DNA from: Candidatus Kuenenia stuttgartensis
Lineage (GTDB): Bacteria; Planctomycetota; UBA11346
Assembly: GCA_945872305.1 (NCBI GenBank)
Contig: CAMCAC010000002.1
Location: 1 to 52,901 of the forward strand
Length of the DNA: 52,901 nt
Direction of reading: 5' to 3'
The translations under genes were made by a program, and so were the position numbers. The stretch's first letter is position 1. Each line of letters begins with the position of its first letter. Positions 28,609-40,621 of the stretch are shown in pieces. The notes beneath the pieces are model-generated. The model worked only from the letters and a program-made list of their open reading frames with translations. It searched no databases and was not told where the DNA came from.

Positions 28609-31600
28609 TCAGGTCCCGTTGTTCGCCCAGCGCCGGACCATGGCCTCCAGCGCCGCCGCCTGGACGGGCTTGCTCAGGAAGTCGTCCATACCGACCCCGA
28701 GGCAGCGCTCCCGGTCCCCGGCCATGGCGTTGGCGGTGAGCGCGATGATGGGAAGCCTCGGCCTGCCTTGGCGCGCCTCCTCGGCGCGGATCAGGCCGGT
28801 CGCTTCGAAGCCGTCCATCTCCGGCATCTGGCAATCCATCAGGACGAGGTCGTGGCCGCCGGCCAAGGCCAGGTGCAGCGCCTCGCGGCCGTTCCCGGCC
28901 AGCTCCACGGTGACGCCGAACCGGCGCAGCATGGCGGACGCCACCCGCTGGTTCACTGGGTTGTCCTCGGCCAACAGGACTCGTGCCTGGATCGGACCGG
29001 TGCCAACCGAGGCGGACGGGCCGGCCGGCACCTCGGAAGTCCGGACCGCCGGAGCCCATGGCGCCGTCAGGGTGAACGTGCTGCCGACCCCCTCCTGGCT
29101 CGTGACCACCAGATCACCACCCATCAACCGGGCCAGGCGTCGGCTGATGGAGAGGCCGAGACCGGTCCCGCCGAAGCGACGGGCAGTGGAGGCATCCGCC
29201 TGGGTGAACGGGGTGAAGATGGCATCGATGCGATCCGCCGGGATGCCGACGCCGGTATCCGACACGGAGATGCGGTAGACGCCGTCCGCGTACCCCGCCT
29301 CGACCCGTACAGCGCCCTTGCGGGTGAACTTGACCGCGTTGCCGATCAGGTTGGTGAGGATCTGGCGAAGCCGACCGGGATCCCCCTTGGCCCAGCCCGG
29401 CAGCGCGGGATCCAGGACCAAGTCCAGGGATGTCTCGCTTCCGGAGAGGCGTGGCCGGAACAGTTCGCAGGCATCGGTCACGGTCTGACGGACATCGAAC
29501 GGGATCTGTTCAAGGCTCATCCGACCAGCCTCGATCTTGGAGAAATCAAGGATGTCGTTGATGATCGCGAGCAGGGCCTCGGCGGAACGGTAGGCGGTCC
29601 GGGCCAGCTCGTGCTGGTCCGGCTCCAGCCGGGTTCCCTGCAAGAGCTCGATCATGCCCATGATCCCGTTCATCGGGGTGCGGATCTCGTGGCTCATATT
29701 GGCCAGGAAGGCACTCTTGGCCTGGCTGGCGGCCTCGGCCCGGGCCGCCATGTCGGTCGCCACCGTCCGCTGGCGTTCAAGGTCCACGAGCACCTCGCGC
29801 AGGTGGGCCTCGGCGGCCCTGCGCACGTCCAGGCTGACCAGGAGCTGGGCGAACTGGCTGAGCAGTGCCTGCTCCTCACCAAGGAACGGGCGGCTGGTCT
29901 CGCCCGACTCGACCAGGACGAAGCCGGTACAATGTTCCCGTTGGAAGAGGGGAACCGCCACCGCTGCGACGGCACCGCGGGATTCCAGCCAGCTTCGCAA
30001 CGGACCCTGGTCGAGGTGAGAACAGTCGCGAACCGAGGCGGGCATGCCGACGCTGTGCAGGATGGTCCAATCCTCGACCTGCGCCGCAGTGGGCATGAGG
30101 TTCGCCGCAGAAACCGTCGCAGGAGCGCGCCACTCATGGCGGCAGCGGAAGAGGTTGTCCTCCACGATCTCCACCACGGTACCCCGGTCACCGCCCAGCA
30201 GTCGCGTCATGACCCCCAATGCCTCCGCGACAGCCCGATCCGTCCGATCGGCCGGCAGATCGATGAAAGCCGCCGCCACTGCCGCCAGACGTTCCTGGAT
30301 CTGTCCAAGACGCCGGGTGCGGTCCTCGGCCTGCCGCCGCTCGGTGATGTCGCGGGAGATCCCGGTGCTCCCGACGATGCGGCCGTCCTCGTCCCGGACC
30401 GGGGTCTTGAACACCTCGACCAGGCATTCCCCGGTGGCGGTGGCCACCGTCTCCTCGACCATCAACGGCTGCCCCGTGGTGACCACCATGGCATCATCGG
30501 CCTGATACTTGTTCGCGAGTTCCCTCGGCCAGATGTCGAGGTCGGTCAAGCCGACCAGGGCATCCGGATCGGCTCGGCCACAGGCTTCGGCAAAGCGGCG
30601 GTTCACGGTCAGGAACCGCCCCTCGGCGTCCTTGAGCCAGAGCAGACCGGGCTGGTTCTCGATGATCGCCCGGACTTCGGCGGTGCGGCGCAGGATCCGC
30701 CGCCGCAGGGTGTCCCGGGCCCGGGCATGGGCGAACACGGTGGCGGCCATGCACACGGTGAGCAGGCCACCGACGCCGGCGGCAATGATGCCCGCAACCA
30801 GGGGGTTGGTCTCCAGATACGTGGGTCCAGCGGTCACGACCACCCGCAGCGAATGGCCGAATGCGGGAAACGGTCGCTCGACCCGCGGTCGGCCATCCCC
30901 GGCATCGATCAACGGAGTCACCGTGCCGTCCACACCGGCGGATGACAACCCGATGCGTGCGACCGCCGGATCGGCGAAACCGGCGACAGCCGCAGACCAG
31001 TCAAGGGCGACAAGTACGACCGGGCGCCGACCGTCGTCCCCCCGCTGACCGCAACGCACCAGCATGGCCCAGGGTCGCCCCGCATGATCGAAGCGATCCA
31101 CAGCGGCAACCAGTCCGGTACGAGCTGATTCCTCGATCGCCGCCGCCACAGCGTGGTCCGCCGCCAAATCACCACCCGGGGCAAGCGTCCAGCCGGCCCA
31201 GACGGAAGCCCTGGTCACCAGGACGGGAGCGGTGGATCCGTCGCCCGCCGGTCCCGAAGCCCAGGCCCAGGCGGACACCGGCAGCCGGGCCAGCAGCCGA
31301 CGCTCCACCTCGGCAAAGCGGTCGGCACTGATGCCGTCACCGCCCAGGACCAGCAGGTTGGGCATGGCGAGTTCCCGGATGATGTCGATCCGGCTCACCA
31401 CCTCGCGGCTCATGGCCACGGCGGCACTGCGGAAGTCGTCCTCCCGTTTGCGACGATCCAAGCCATGGACGACGATCCCGGCGACCGCGGTCGCGATCCC
31501 GCCAACGATCAGAACCATGACCGTATCCGTCCACACCCGCCGACGCCGCACCGGCCACCCCCAGATCAGCACCAGGACGGCCGTCAGGCCACCACCAAGG

Positions 31601-32235
31601 AGCACAGGCCAGGCCGGGATCCAGGTGGCAAGACTCCATGCGGTTGCGTCGATATCCATGCCGATGACGACGCGCGGGCCCCCGTCCCGGCCCTGGGTGC
31701 GTACCGGGACCAGACCACTGACCCAGGTCCCCCAACGATCGGTGTAGGGCCCTTCGACCCCCTCCGTGCCCACGTCCAGGGCGGCGTGGACCAACGATGG
31801 CGCCTCCTGGTAGGGATCTCCCGGCGCGACCACGTCCGGCGAGTCCTCCGGCTCGCTGTCCAGGAGAAAGAAGACTCCCCGCTCCGGATCCTTCCGCAGC
31901 AGGTAGATGAATCGGCATCCGGGGGTCGACCGCTGGAACGCGGTCAGCCGCTCCTTGAACCGATGATAATCCGGCCGCTCCACATCGCTGGGCACCCCGG
32001 CAAGCCGGTCCAGCACTTCGGCCGGCATGCTTTCCGAGAGCAAACGCACCGCCTGAAGGAGATCCGCCCGGGCCTGACGGTCGGCCAAGGCGACCAGCCA
32101 AGCACTTATCACCACGGTGATCAGCAGCACCCCACCCAGGGCGAGCACCAGCAACCGGATCCCCGCCCGGGAGCCAGCCACCTGGGAGGACGCCGTGTCA
32201 TCCGTCCAATCCGCATGGCTGGCAGAACGATCCAT
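28609..32235 (-). CDS. Hybrid sensor histidine kinase (two extracytoplasmic sensor modules - PAS - GAF - HisKA - HATPase - REC)
   Basis: TM segments bracket a sensor with [16 protein letters not shown] (Cache/PDC-like flavour), followed by a second TM-bounded module. Then come PAS ([18 protein letters not shown]...[12 protein letters not shown]), a GAF-like region, H-box [29 protein letters not shown], and a receiver with [11 protein letters not shown]...[10 protein letters not shown]...LSKP. The C-terminal ~450 aa are clearly paralogous to the kinase at 10976-13648. Confidence 0.85.
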   Translation of the reverse strand: MDRSASHADWTDDTASSQVAGSRAGIRLLVLALGGVLLITVVISAWLVALADRQARADLLQAVRLLSESMPAEVLDRLAGVPSDVERPDYHRFKERLTAFQRSTPGCRFIYLLRKDPERGVFFLLDSEPEDSPDVVAPGDPYQEAPSLVHAALDVGTEGVEGPYTDRWGTWVSGLVPVRTQGRDGGPRVVIGMDIDATAWSLATWIPAWPVLLGGGLTAVLVLIWGWPVRRRRVWTDTVMVLIVGGIATAVAGIVVHGLDRRKREDDFRSAAVAMSREVVSRIDIIRELAMPNLLVLGGDGISADRFAEVERRLLARLPVSAWAWASGPAGDGSTAPVLVTRASVWAGWTLAPGGDLAADHAVAAAIEESARTGLVAAVDRFDHAGRPWAMLVRCGQRGDDGRRPVVLVALDWSAAVAGFADPAVARIGLSSAGVDGTVTPLIDAGDGRPRVERPFPAFGHSLRVVVTAGPTYLETNPLVAGIIAAGVGGLLTVCMAATVFAHARARDTLRRRILRRTAEVRAIIENQPGLLWLKDAEGRFLTVNRRFAEACGRADPDALVGLTDLDIWPRELANKYQADDAMVVTTGQPLMVEETVATATGECLVEVFKTPVRDEDGRIVGSTGISRDITERRQAEDRTRRLGQIQERLAAVAAAFIDLPADRTDRAVAEALGVMTRLLGGDRGTVVEIVEDNLFRCRHEWRAPATVSAANLMPTAAQVEDWTILHSVGMPASVRDCSHLDQGPLRSWLESRGAVAAVAVPLFQREHCTGFVLVESGETSRPFLGEEQALLSQFAQLLVSLDVRRAAEAHLREVLVDLERQRTVATDMAARAEAASQAKSAFLANMSHEIRTPMNGIMGMIELLQGTRLEPDQHELARTAYRSAEALLAIINDILDFSKIEAGRMSLEQIPFDVRQTVTDACELFRPRLSGSETSLDLVLDPALPGWAKGDPGRLRQILTNLIGNAVKFTRKGAVRVEAGYADGVYRISVSDTGVGIPADRIDAIFTPFTQADASTARRFGGTGLGLSISRRLARLMGGDLVVTSQEGVGSTFTLTAPWAPAVRTSEVPAGPSASVGTGPIQARVLLAEDNPVNQRVASAMLRRFGVTVELAGNGREALHLALAGGHDLVLMDCQMPEMDGFEATGLIRAEEARQGRPRLPIIALTANAMAGDRERCLGVGMDDFLSKPVQAAALEAMVRRWANNGT

Positions 32236-32276
32236 CGTGCCAAGATACCCCGAAGGGGATCCGCCGTCCAGCCGGC

Positions 32277-34049
32277 TCAGCCTGCGGTGCCCGCCGCATG
32301 CAGACGTGCGAACGGTCCGCCGGCGGCGAGCAGGTCCGCCGGCGCCCCGTCATCGACGATCCGGCCCTTCTCCAACACCACGACCCGATCGCAGTCCAGC
32401 ACCGTCGCCAGCCGGTGGGCGATGATCAGGCTGGTGCGGCCCCGGCACAGCCGGGCCAGGGCGGCGCGGATCCGCACCTCGGTGTGCAGATCCACCGCCG
32501 AGGTGGCCTCGTCGAGGACGAGCACCGCCGGATCGGCGATGAAGGCGCGGACCAGGCAGACGAGCTGGCGGGTGCCGTGGCTCAGGGCGGCGCCCCCGGG
32601 CCCGACCGGGGTGGACAGCCCGTGCGGCAGCGCTTCGAGCACCTCGTCGGCGCCCAGTTCCCGCACCGCGGCGCGCAGGTCCGCATCGCGGCGCGACGGA
32701 TCCGCCAGCCGGAGGTTGTCGAGCACCGTGCCGCTGAAGAGGGCGTTGTCCTGGAGCACCACCCCGATGCGCCGGCGCAGCACCCGCTGGTCGAGGCGGG
32801 CGAGGTCGGTGCCGTCGATGGTGATGGTCCCCGCCTGGGGCTCGTAGAAGCGGTTGAGGAGCTGGACCAGGGTGCTCTTGCCGGAGCCGGTGGCGCCGAC
32901 CACCGCGATCCGCTGCCCGGCGGGGATGGCGAGGGCGAAGCCGTCGAGCACCGGCCGGGCGGGATCATAGCCGAAGCGGACCCCGTCGAGCCGGATCGCG
33001 CCGTGCACCGGGCCGGGATCCACCGGATCCGCCGGATCCCTGGCCACTTCCGTATCGAGGAGCAGGAAGATGCGCTGGGCGCTGGCGATGCCAGTGGCGG
33101 CCTTCTCGAACAGGTCGCCGAGTTCCTGGATCGGACCGAGGAACAGGATCACATAAAACAGGCACTGGCTCAGGACGCCAGGGGTGATCCGCCCGGCGCC
33201 CAGGTCCTCGGCGCCGATCCAGAGGAGCACGCCGATCCCCGCCGCCCACAGCACCGAGGCGAACGGCGCGAACCAGCCCCAGCCCCAGGCCCCGGCCACC
33301 GCCGAGCGGTCGAGGTCGCCGAGCAGGGCCCGGTAGCGGCGTTCGTTGGCGCCCTCGGCGGTGGCGCCCTGGATCACCGCCACCCCGGACACGCTTTCGA
33401 CGAGATGGGCGGTCATCCGGGATTTGCACTCGGCGGTACGGCCCCACAGGCGCACCCCGGCCTTCTGGAACAGGCGCATGCCCAGGGCGAGCAACACCAC
33501 CGGCGGGAGCATGGCCAGGACGAAGCGGGGATCGATCCACCACAGCAGCACCGCGGCGCCGACCATGCGCAGGAGCATCGAGAGCAGTTCCGGCGGCCCG
33601 TGCACGATCACCGGTTCCAGGGCATCCACATCGCGATCCGCCCGGCTGATGATCCGTCCAGCCCGGGTGCGGTCGAAATACGCCACCGGCAGGCGCTGCA
33701 CATGGTCGAAGACCTGCCGGCGGAGGTCGTTGAGCACCCGGGCCGCGATCCGCCCACCCACCGCCTGGGCCACCCCGGCCAGCCCGAACCGGCACAGCCA
33801 CGCGGTGGTCAGGCCCAGGCACATGAGCGCCACGAGGCCCCAGGCCACCACCCCGTCCGTGAAGCCGTGGTCGATGACCTGGCCCACGAACCACGGGCGG
33901 ATGAAGATGGAGGCCACCAGCACCACCTGGATCGCAGCCAGCACCGCCAGGGGCCGCCATTCCGGCCGGGCGAGTCCCAACACCCGGCCCAGGGCCCGGC
34001 GGTCGAGCCGGCGCCGGGCGAGGTCCTCCTCGATCTCCAGGTCGCTCAT
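32277..34049 (-). CDS. ABC exporter half-transporter (TMD-NBD) with a consensus Walker B and a degenerate signature motif
   Basis: The start MSDLEIEE at 34049 overlaps the upstream stop by 4 nt (ATGA). Six-helix TMD, Walker [10 protein letters not shown], atypical signature LSHGTRQ, Walker [14 protein letters not shown]-loop IIAHRL. Confidence 0.85.
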   Translation of the reverse strand: MSDLEIEEDLARRRLDRRALGRVLGLARPEWRPLAVLAAIQVVLVASIFIRPWFVGQVIDHGFTDGVVAWGLVALMCLGLTTAWLCRFGLAGVAQAVGGRIAARVLNDLRRQVFDHVQRLPVAYFDRTRAGRIISRADRDVDALEPVIVHGPPELLSMLLRMVGAAVLLWWIDPRFVLAMLPPVVLLALGMRLFQKAGVRLWGRTAECKSRMTAHLVESVSGVAVIQGATAEGANERRYRALLGDLDRSAVAGAWGWGWFAPFASVLWAAGIGVLLWIGAEDLGAGRITPGVLSQCLFYVILFLGPIQELGDLFEKAATGIASAQRIFLLLDTEVARDPADPVDPGPVHGAIRLDGVRFGYDPARPVLDGFALAIPAGQRIAVVGATGSGKSTLVQLLNRFYEPQAGTITIDGTDLARLDQRVLRRRIGVVLQDNALFSGTVLDNLRLADPSRRDADLRAAVRELGADEVLEALPHGLSTPVGPGGAALSHGTRQLVCLVRAFIADPAVLVLDEATSAVDLHTEVRIRAALARLCRGRTSLIIAHRLATVLDCDRVVVLEKGRIVDDGAPADLLAAGGPFARLHAAGTAG

Positions 34050-35794
34050 CGGGCGCCCCCGGTGGGCGGTAGGTCGGCGACGCCGGCGCCGAGTCCCATC
34101 AACTCCCGGTAGTCGGCGGAGCCCGCCGTCAGGTCCGCATGGGTGCCCGATGCGACGATCCGGCCCCCGGCGAGCATCACCACCCGGTCCGCCGCGAGCA
34201 CCGTGCTCAGGCGGCTGGCGACGAGCAGGGTCGTGCACCCGCGCCGGCGCAGGTTGGCCAGCACCCGCCGCTCGGTGATCGCGTCGAGGGCGCTGGTCGC
34301 ATCGTCGGCGACCAGGATGCGCGGCTCCGCGACCAGGGCCCGGGCCAGGCAGAGCCGCTGGCGCTGACCGCCGCTCAGGCTCACCCCGCGCTCCCCGACC
34401 TTCGCCGCCAGGCCGTCCGGCAGGTCCGCCACCACCCCGTCGGCACAGGCATCCACCAGAGCACGGGCGATGTCCACATCGCCCGCCTCCATCCGCGCCA
34501 GGCGCAGGTTCGCCGCCAGGCTGTCGCTGAACAGGAAGGCCTCCTGGGGCACGAGCTGGACCGCCCGGCGCAGGGCGTCGAGATCCAGGTCCCGGGCGGG
34601 CACGCCGCCGATGCGCACGGTGCCGGCCTGGGGATCCACCAGCCGGGGCAGGAGCGCCGCCAGGGTGGACTTGCCGCAACCGGTGCGCCCGACCACTGCC
34701 ACCACCTCGCCCGGGGCCAGGGTGAGATCCAGCCCGTCGAGGATCGGCACCGGCCCGGCGGCGACCCGGATCCCCGCCAACTCCGCCCCCAGGGGGCCCG
34801 GGGGCAGCGCCGTCAGGCCGCCCCGGGCCACCGCCGGCACCGCATCAAGGACCTCCACCAGCCGGACCGCCGAAGCCCGGGCGGCGGCGAACACCTGGAG
34901 CACCCGGCCGATGTTCTCGACCCGGAAGGTCACCATGAGCACCACCATGCTCGCCGCGGTCAGGGCCCCGACCCCGATCTCGCCCCGGGCGGCGAGCCAG
35001 GCACCGCAGGCCAGGACCCAGACCTGGCTCAGGGCGACCAGCATCTGGGGCGGCGGCAGCCGCACCGCACCGGCGATGGCGGTGGCAAGCTGGCGCCGGG
35101 CCAGCACCCCCGCATGGCGGGCAAAGCGCAGCCCCCGGGCCGGCTCCAGGGCGAAGGCCTTGATCACCCGTACCCCACGCACGCCCTCTTCCAGGTCCTG
35201 GGTCATGCGGTCGTAGGCCAGATCCGTGCGCCGGTTGAGATCCTGGATCGCCGCCGCATGGCGGGCCAGCCAGACGCAGGCGGCCACGAGGAGGAGCGTC
35301 GGTACCAGGGCGAGCAGCCAGTGGTACCACCACAGCAACGCGATGGCGCCGGCGCTGACCAGGGCCACCTCGACCAGGGTGCGGGCTCCCCCGGCCAGGG
35401 CATCGCGGACGAGATCGCTGTCCCGGGTAGTGCGGGCGACCAGTTCCCCGACCCCGTGCCGGCGGTGGAAGCCCAGATCCAGCGCCTGGATGCGCACAAA
35501 CAGGTCGCCACGCATGGCGCTCAGGATGCGCTGGCCCAGGGCCATGGCCGCCACCGTCGCCGCCCAGGCCACCGCGCTGCGGGCCACCGACAGCGCCAGC
35601 AGCCCGACCACCCACGGGGCGACCGCGTCCACCGCCCGGGGACCCGCCGCGAGGGCCGCATCCAACCCCTGGCCCACCAGCCACTGGATGAGCGGCATGC
35701 TGCCATTGGCCACGGCAGTCAGCGCCGCCGTGCCCGCCAGCATCCAGGGATGCCGGCGGTACAGTCCGAACATGCGCCACAGGGGATCCGCCAT
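34046..35794 (-). CDS. ABC exporter half-transporter (TMD-NBD) with consensus signature, Walker B Asp-for-Glu, and no H-loop His
   Basis: Start at MADPLWRMFGLYRRHPW (35794). Walker A GRTGCGKST, signature LSGGQRQ, Walker B ILVADDATSALD (the catalytic Glu is replaced by Asp), and LLVASRLS where the H-loop His is expected. Confidence 0.85.
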   Translation of the reverse strand: MADPLWRMFGLYRRHPWMLAGTAALTAVANGSMPLIQWLVGQGLDAALAAGPRAVDAVAPWVVGLLALSVARSAVAWAATVAAMALGQRILSAMRGDLFVRIQALDLGFHRRHGVGELVARTTRDSDLVRDALAGGARTLVEVALVSAGAIALLWWYHWLLALVPTLLLVAACVWLARHAAAIQDLNRRTDLAYDRMTQDLEEGVRGVRVIKAFALEPARGLRFARHAGVLARRQLATAIAGAVRLPPPQMLVALSQVWVLACGAWLAARGEIGVGALTAASMVVLMVTFRVENIGRVLQVFAAARASAVRLVEVLDAVPAVARGGLTALPPGPLGAELAGIRVAAGPVPILDGLDLTLAPGEVVAVVGRTGCGKSTLAALLPRLVDPQAGTVRIGGVPARDLDLDALRRAVQLVPQEAFLFSDSLAANLRLARMEAGDVDIARALVDACADGVVADLPDGLAAKVGERGVSLSGGQRQRLCLARALVAEPRILVADDATSALDAITERRVLANLRRRGCTTLLVASRLSTVLAADRVVMLAGGRIVASGTHADLTAGSADYRELMGLGAGVADLPPTGGAR

Positions 35795-35895
35795 GGCGCG
35801 GCAGCCTGGGGGTCGGCGGCGGGGGAGAAGGGGCCCCCGGGGGACGCGGCCCCGCACACTGGCATCCCCGGTGGGGACCGCTTTCATGCGCGCCC

Positions 35896-36719
<824 letters not shown>

Positions 36720-36723
<4 letters not shown>

Positions 36724-38330
36724 TCCGCGCCGCCGTCCTCGCGCTGCTCGCCGGCGTGCTCGCGGCGGGTGAAGCGGATCCGGATGGTTGGCGGGCGGAC
36801 CTGCGCCCCCGGGACGACGCCTGGAAGGCGGTCCCGCAGCGCTTCGTCTTCAACAACGAGTCGGAACCCCAGTCCCTGGACCCGGCGCTGATGACCGGGG
36901 TGCTCGAATCGCGCCTCGCCATGGCGCTATTCGAAGGGCTGGCCATGCGCGACCCGCGCACCCTGGAACCGCGGCCGGCGGCGGCCCGACGCTGGGAGTC
37001 GGATGCCGCCGGCCTGGTGTGGACCTTCCACCTGCGCCCCGAGGGCCGGTGGAGCGATGGCCAGCCGGTGATCGCCCAGGATTTCGTCCTGAGCTGGCGG
37101 CGCGCCCTGGATCCCGCCACCGGCAGCGAATACGCCGGCATGCTGTATCCCATCCGCGGCGCCGAAGCGTACCACCGGGGGCAGGGCCCCGCCGACGCCG
37201 TGGCGGTGCGCGCTGTCGATCAACTCACCCTGCGGGTCGAGCTGCACGGACCCTGCCCGTGGTTCCTGGACCTCGTCACCTTCCACACCCTGTACCCGGT
37301 GCGCACCGATGTGGTGGCCGCCCACGGCGCGGCCTGGACCCGGACCGCCCTGGTCGGCAACGGGCCGTTCACCCTCGCGGCCTGGGAGCCCCGGTCGAGC
37401 ATCGTCCTGGAGCGCAGCGCCACCTACTGGGACCGGGAGCGGGTCCCGCTCGAACGGATCACCGCCCGGCCGGTGGACGACCTGGAGGCCGCCTGGTCCC
37501 TGTTCCAGGCCGGTGAGCTGCACTGGACCCCGGCGATCCCCGCCGCCCGCATCGATGACATCAAGCGCCACCCGGACTTCATCGCCACCCCCTACTTCGG
37601 CACCTACTACTTCCGCTTCAACTGCACCCGGCCGCCGTTCGACGACGCCCGGATCCGCCGGGCGTTCGTGCGCGGCACCGACCGGGAGCGGGTGACCCGC
37701 TTCATCACCCGCAGCGGCGAAGTCCCTGCCCCGTGGTTCGTGCCCCGGGGCCCCCAGGCCCGGGGACCGGGCCTGGCGTTCGACGTGGAGGCGGCCCGGG
37801 CGGAACTCGCCGCCGCCGGCTACGCGGCGCCCGGCAAGCCGGGCCGGCCCCTGCCGCCGGTGGTCCTCCTCTACAACACCAGCGAGAACCACAAAGCCAT
37901 CGCCGAGCACCTCGCCCAGCAATGGCAGGAGCACCTGGGCGCCGAGATCCGTCTCGAGAATGCCGAGTGGAAGGTCTACCTCGACCGGATGAAGAACCTC
38001 GACTACGGTCTGGCCCGCTCCGCCTGGATCGGCGACTACCTGGATTCCAATACCTTCCTTGAACTCGGCCGCACCGGCGACGGCAACAACCGCACCGGCT
38101 GGTCGGATCCCGAGTACGACCGCCTGCTCGCCGCCAGCCAGATCGAGACCGATCCGGAACGCCGGCGGACCATGCTCGACCGCCTGGAACGCATCCTGGT
38201 CGAGGAGCAGTGCCCGGTGCTGCCGGTCTACACCTACGTGAACAAGGCCCTGGTCCGGGAGGAGGTCCATGGCCTGCATCAGAACCTCCTCGACCACCAT
38301 CCCTGGCAGTTCATCTGGCTGGAGCCCTGA
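36720..38330 (+). CDS. ABC transporter substrate-binding protein, family 5 (Opp/Dpp-like)
   Basis: The GTG at 36720 overlaps the TerC stop (GTGA). A signal-like segment VIRAAVLALLAGVLAAG is followed by NNESEPQSLDPALMTGVLESRLAMALFEGL, typical of SBP_bac_5. It lies in frame inside run-on tracked ORF 35226-38330. Confidence 0.85.
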
Positions 38331-38337
38331 CCCGGCG

Positions 38338-39243
38338 ATGAAGCGGCTCCTCCAGGCACCCCTGGTCATCCTCGTGCTCCTGGCGACCACCTTCCTGCTC
38401 GTGCAGGCGGTGCCAGGGGACCCGTTCGGCGGCGAGCGGGCCATGGATCCCCAGGTGCGGGCGGCCCTGGTCAGCCACTACGGCCTGGACCGCTCGGTGC
38501 CGGAGCAGTTCCTGCGCTACCTCGCCGGGGTGGCGACCGGCGACCTCGGCCCGTCCATCGCCCACAAGGGCAGGCCGGTGACGGAGATCATCGCCGAGCA
38601 CCTCCCCAAATCCGCGCTGCTCGGCGGGCTGGCGCTGCTGTTCGCCCTGTCCGCCGGGATCATCCTCGGCACCATCGGCGCCCTGGCCCGGCGCACGCCC
38701 CTCGACGGCGCCACCCTGGTGGTGGCGGTGCTCTGCCTGTCGGTGCCACCGTTCGTGGTCGGCCCGATCCTGGCCCTGGTCCTGGGCATCCATTGGGGCT
38801 GGCTCCCGGTGGCGGGCTGGGACACGGCCCGCCCGGCGACGTTCATCCTCCCGGCGATCACCCTCGGTCTGCCCTTCGTCGGCCGCATCGCCCGCCTGAC
38901 CCGCAACGGCCTGCACGAGGTCATGGATGCGGATTTCATCCGCACCGCCCGGGCCAAGGGCGCCGGCGAATGGCGCATCGCCATCCGCCATGCCCTCCCC
39001 CTCGGCCTGGTGCCGGTGGTGGGCTACCTCGGCCCCGCCATCGCCTACCTGCTCACCGGGTCGCTGGTGGTCGAGCGCTTCTTCCAGGTCCCCGGCCTGG
39101 GCCGGGAGTTCGTCGAGTCCGCCACCAACCGCGACATCCCGCTCATTCTCGGCACCGTGCTCCTCTACGGGGTGGTGATCGTCGTCTGCAACCTGCTCTC
39201 GGACCTCGCGCATGGGCTGGTGGATCCCCGGGTGCGGCGATGA
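38338..39243 (+). CDS. ABC transporter permease (OppB/DppB-like)
   Basis: MKRLLQAPLVILVLLATTFLLVQAVPGDP N-terminus and the EAA-type loop DFIRTARAKGAGEWRIAIRHALP. Confidence 0.9.
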   Translation: MKRLLQAPLVILVLLATTFLLVQAVPGDPFGGERAMDPQVRAALVSHYGLDRSVPEQFLRYLAGVATGDLGPSIAHKGRPVTEIIAEHLPKSALLGGLALLFALSAGIILGTIGALARRTPLDGATLVVAVLCLSVPPFVVGPILALVLGIHWGWLPVAGWDTARPATFILPAITLGLPFVGRIARLTRNGLHEVMDADFIRTARAKGAGEWRIAIRHALPLGLVPVVGYLGPAIAYLLTGSLVVERFFQVPGLGREFVESATNRDIPLILGTVLLYGVVIVVCNLLSDLAHGLVDPRVRR

Positions 39244-40571
39244 CCGGCGGCAGCCCCGGCATCCTCGCCCTGCGCCGGCTGGTCGGCGACCGCCTGGCAC
39301 TGGCCGCGTTCGTGGTGGTCACGGCGATCACCGCCGCCTGCGTCGCGGCCCCCTGGATGTCGCCGTGCCCGCCGGACCAGGGCCGGGTCTGGCTCGGGGC
39401 GCTGCCGCCGGGGGCGTCGCATCCGGATGTGCGCGAGCGCAATGTCCTGGCGGTGGGCATGTCGCCGGTGCTGACCGTGGACCGGATCGAGGCGGGCCGG
39501 ATCGAGGTCGCGGTCCGCCGGGCCGCCCCGCCCGAGGACTACCTGCTCCAGCTCCGCCAGGGCCGCCTGCGCATCATGCGCGAAGCCGGGGCCGAGCAGA
39601 TCCCGGTGCTCGACCCGGCCGGGGCGGAGATCGTCAACCATCCCCTGCGCCGGGGCCCCCTGGGCGCGAGCGCCGCCCTGCGAGCCGGCGAGCCGCCGCC
39701 CCCCGGACTGTTCGCCCCGGGCGAGCGGGTGCTGCAAGTCCGCATCGCCCCGCCGGCGGTGCCGGGCACCGTGGCCGCCACCGTGGTCGGCGGCCTGGTC
39801 ACCGCCCTGACCGTGGACGGCCGCCCGGCGACCACCGCCGCCATGGCGGGGGAGAACGTGGACCGGGTCCTGGTCAATGGCCGCGAGCGGATCCTGGTCC
39901 ATCCCCTGGGCACCGACCTGCAGGGTCGCGACATGCTCGCCCGGGTCCTGCACGGCGGGCGGATCTCGCTGCTCGTCGGCATCGTGGCCACCCTGGTGAG
40001 CGTGGTCATCGGCACCCTCTACGGGGCCGCCGCCGCCTGGCTCGGTGGGCGGGCGGACCGCCTGATGATGGGGGCGGTGGATGTGCTCTACGCCCTGCCG
40101 TTCCTGCTCCTGGTCATCCTGCTTCTGGTCCTGTTCGGGCGCAGCCTGCTCCTGCTCTTCGCCGCCCTGGGTGCGGTGCAGTGGCTGACCCAGGCGCGGA
40201 TCGTGCGGGCGGCGGTGCTGTCCCTGACCGCCCGGGACTTCGTCACCGCCGCCCGGGCCGCCGGGATCCCCGGGTCACGCATCGTCGTCCGCCATCTGCT
40301 GCCGAACTGCACCGGGGTGATCATCGCCTATGGGGCGCTGACGGTGCCCATGGTGATCATGGAGGAATCCTTCCTCGCCTTCATCGGCCTCGGGGTCCAG
40401 GCGGGCGGGGTCGATTCCTGGGGCGGCCTGATCAGCGCCGGGGCCGGGACCATCGGCCAGGCGGACTGGATGCTCATCGCCCCGGCGGCGACCATGGTCT
40501 TGCTCCTCACCGCCCTCACGGTGCTGGGCGACCGCCTGCGCGACGTGCTCGACCCCCGCCAGTCGCGCTGA
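39240..40571 (+). CDS. ABC transporter permease (OppC/DppC-like) with a ~190-aa insertion after TM1
   Basis: The ATG at 39240 overlaps the upstream stop (ATGA). TM1 is followed by a long non-hydrophobic stretch, then LGTDLQGRDMLARVLHGGRISL and FVTAARAAGIPGSRIVVRHLLPN (permease core). Confidence 0.85.
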   Translation: MTGGSPGILALRRLVGDRLALAAFVVVTAITAACVAAPWMSPCPPDQGRVWLGALPPGASHPDVRERNVLAVGMSPVLTVDRIEAGRIEVAVRRAAPPEDYLLQLRQGRLRIMREAGAEQIPVLDPAGAEIVNHPLRRGPLGASAALRAGEPPPPGLFAPGERVLQVRIAPPAVPGTVAATVVGGLVTALTVDGRPATTAAMAGENVDRVLVNGRERILVHPLGTDLQGRDMLARVLHGGRISLLVGIVATLVSVVIGTLYGAAAAWLGGRADRLMMGAVDVLYALPFLLLVILLLVLFGRSLLLLFAALGAVQWLTQARIVRAAVLSLTARDFVTAARAAGIPGSRIVVRHLLPNCTGVIIAYGALTVPMVIMEESFLAFIGLGVQAGGVDSWGGLISAGAGTIGQADWMLIAPAATMVLLLTALTVLGDRLRDVLDPRQSR

Positions 40572-40621
40572 TCGGCATCTTTACAGGCGCCCCACGGGCC
40601 GACAGTGGGATTGGAGCCACC

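Noticed and set aside
32277-34679. 800-aa ORF read as a single protein
   Set aside because: The first ~210 codons are an out-of-frame read-through of the upstream ABC gene (R/P/G-rich). The genuine ABC protein starts at MSDLEIEE (34049), with an ATGA overlap to the upstream stop.
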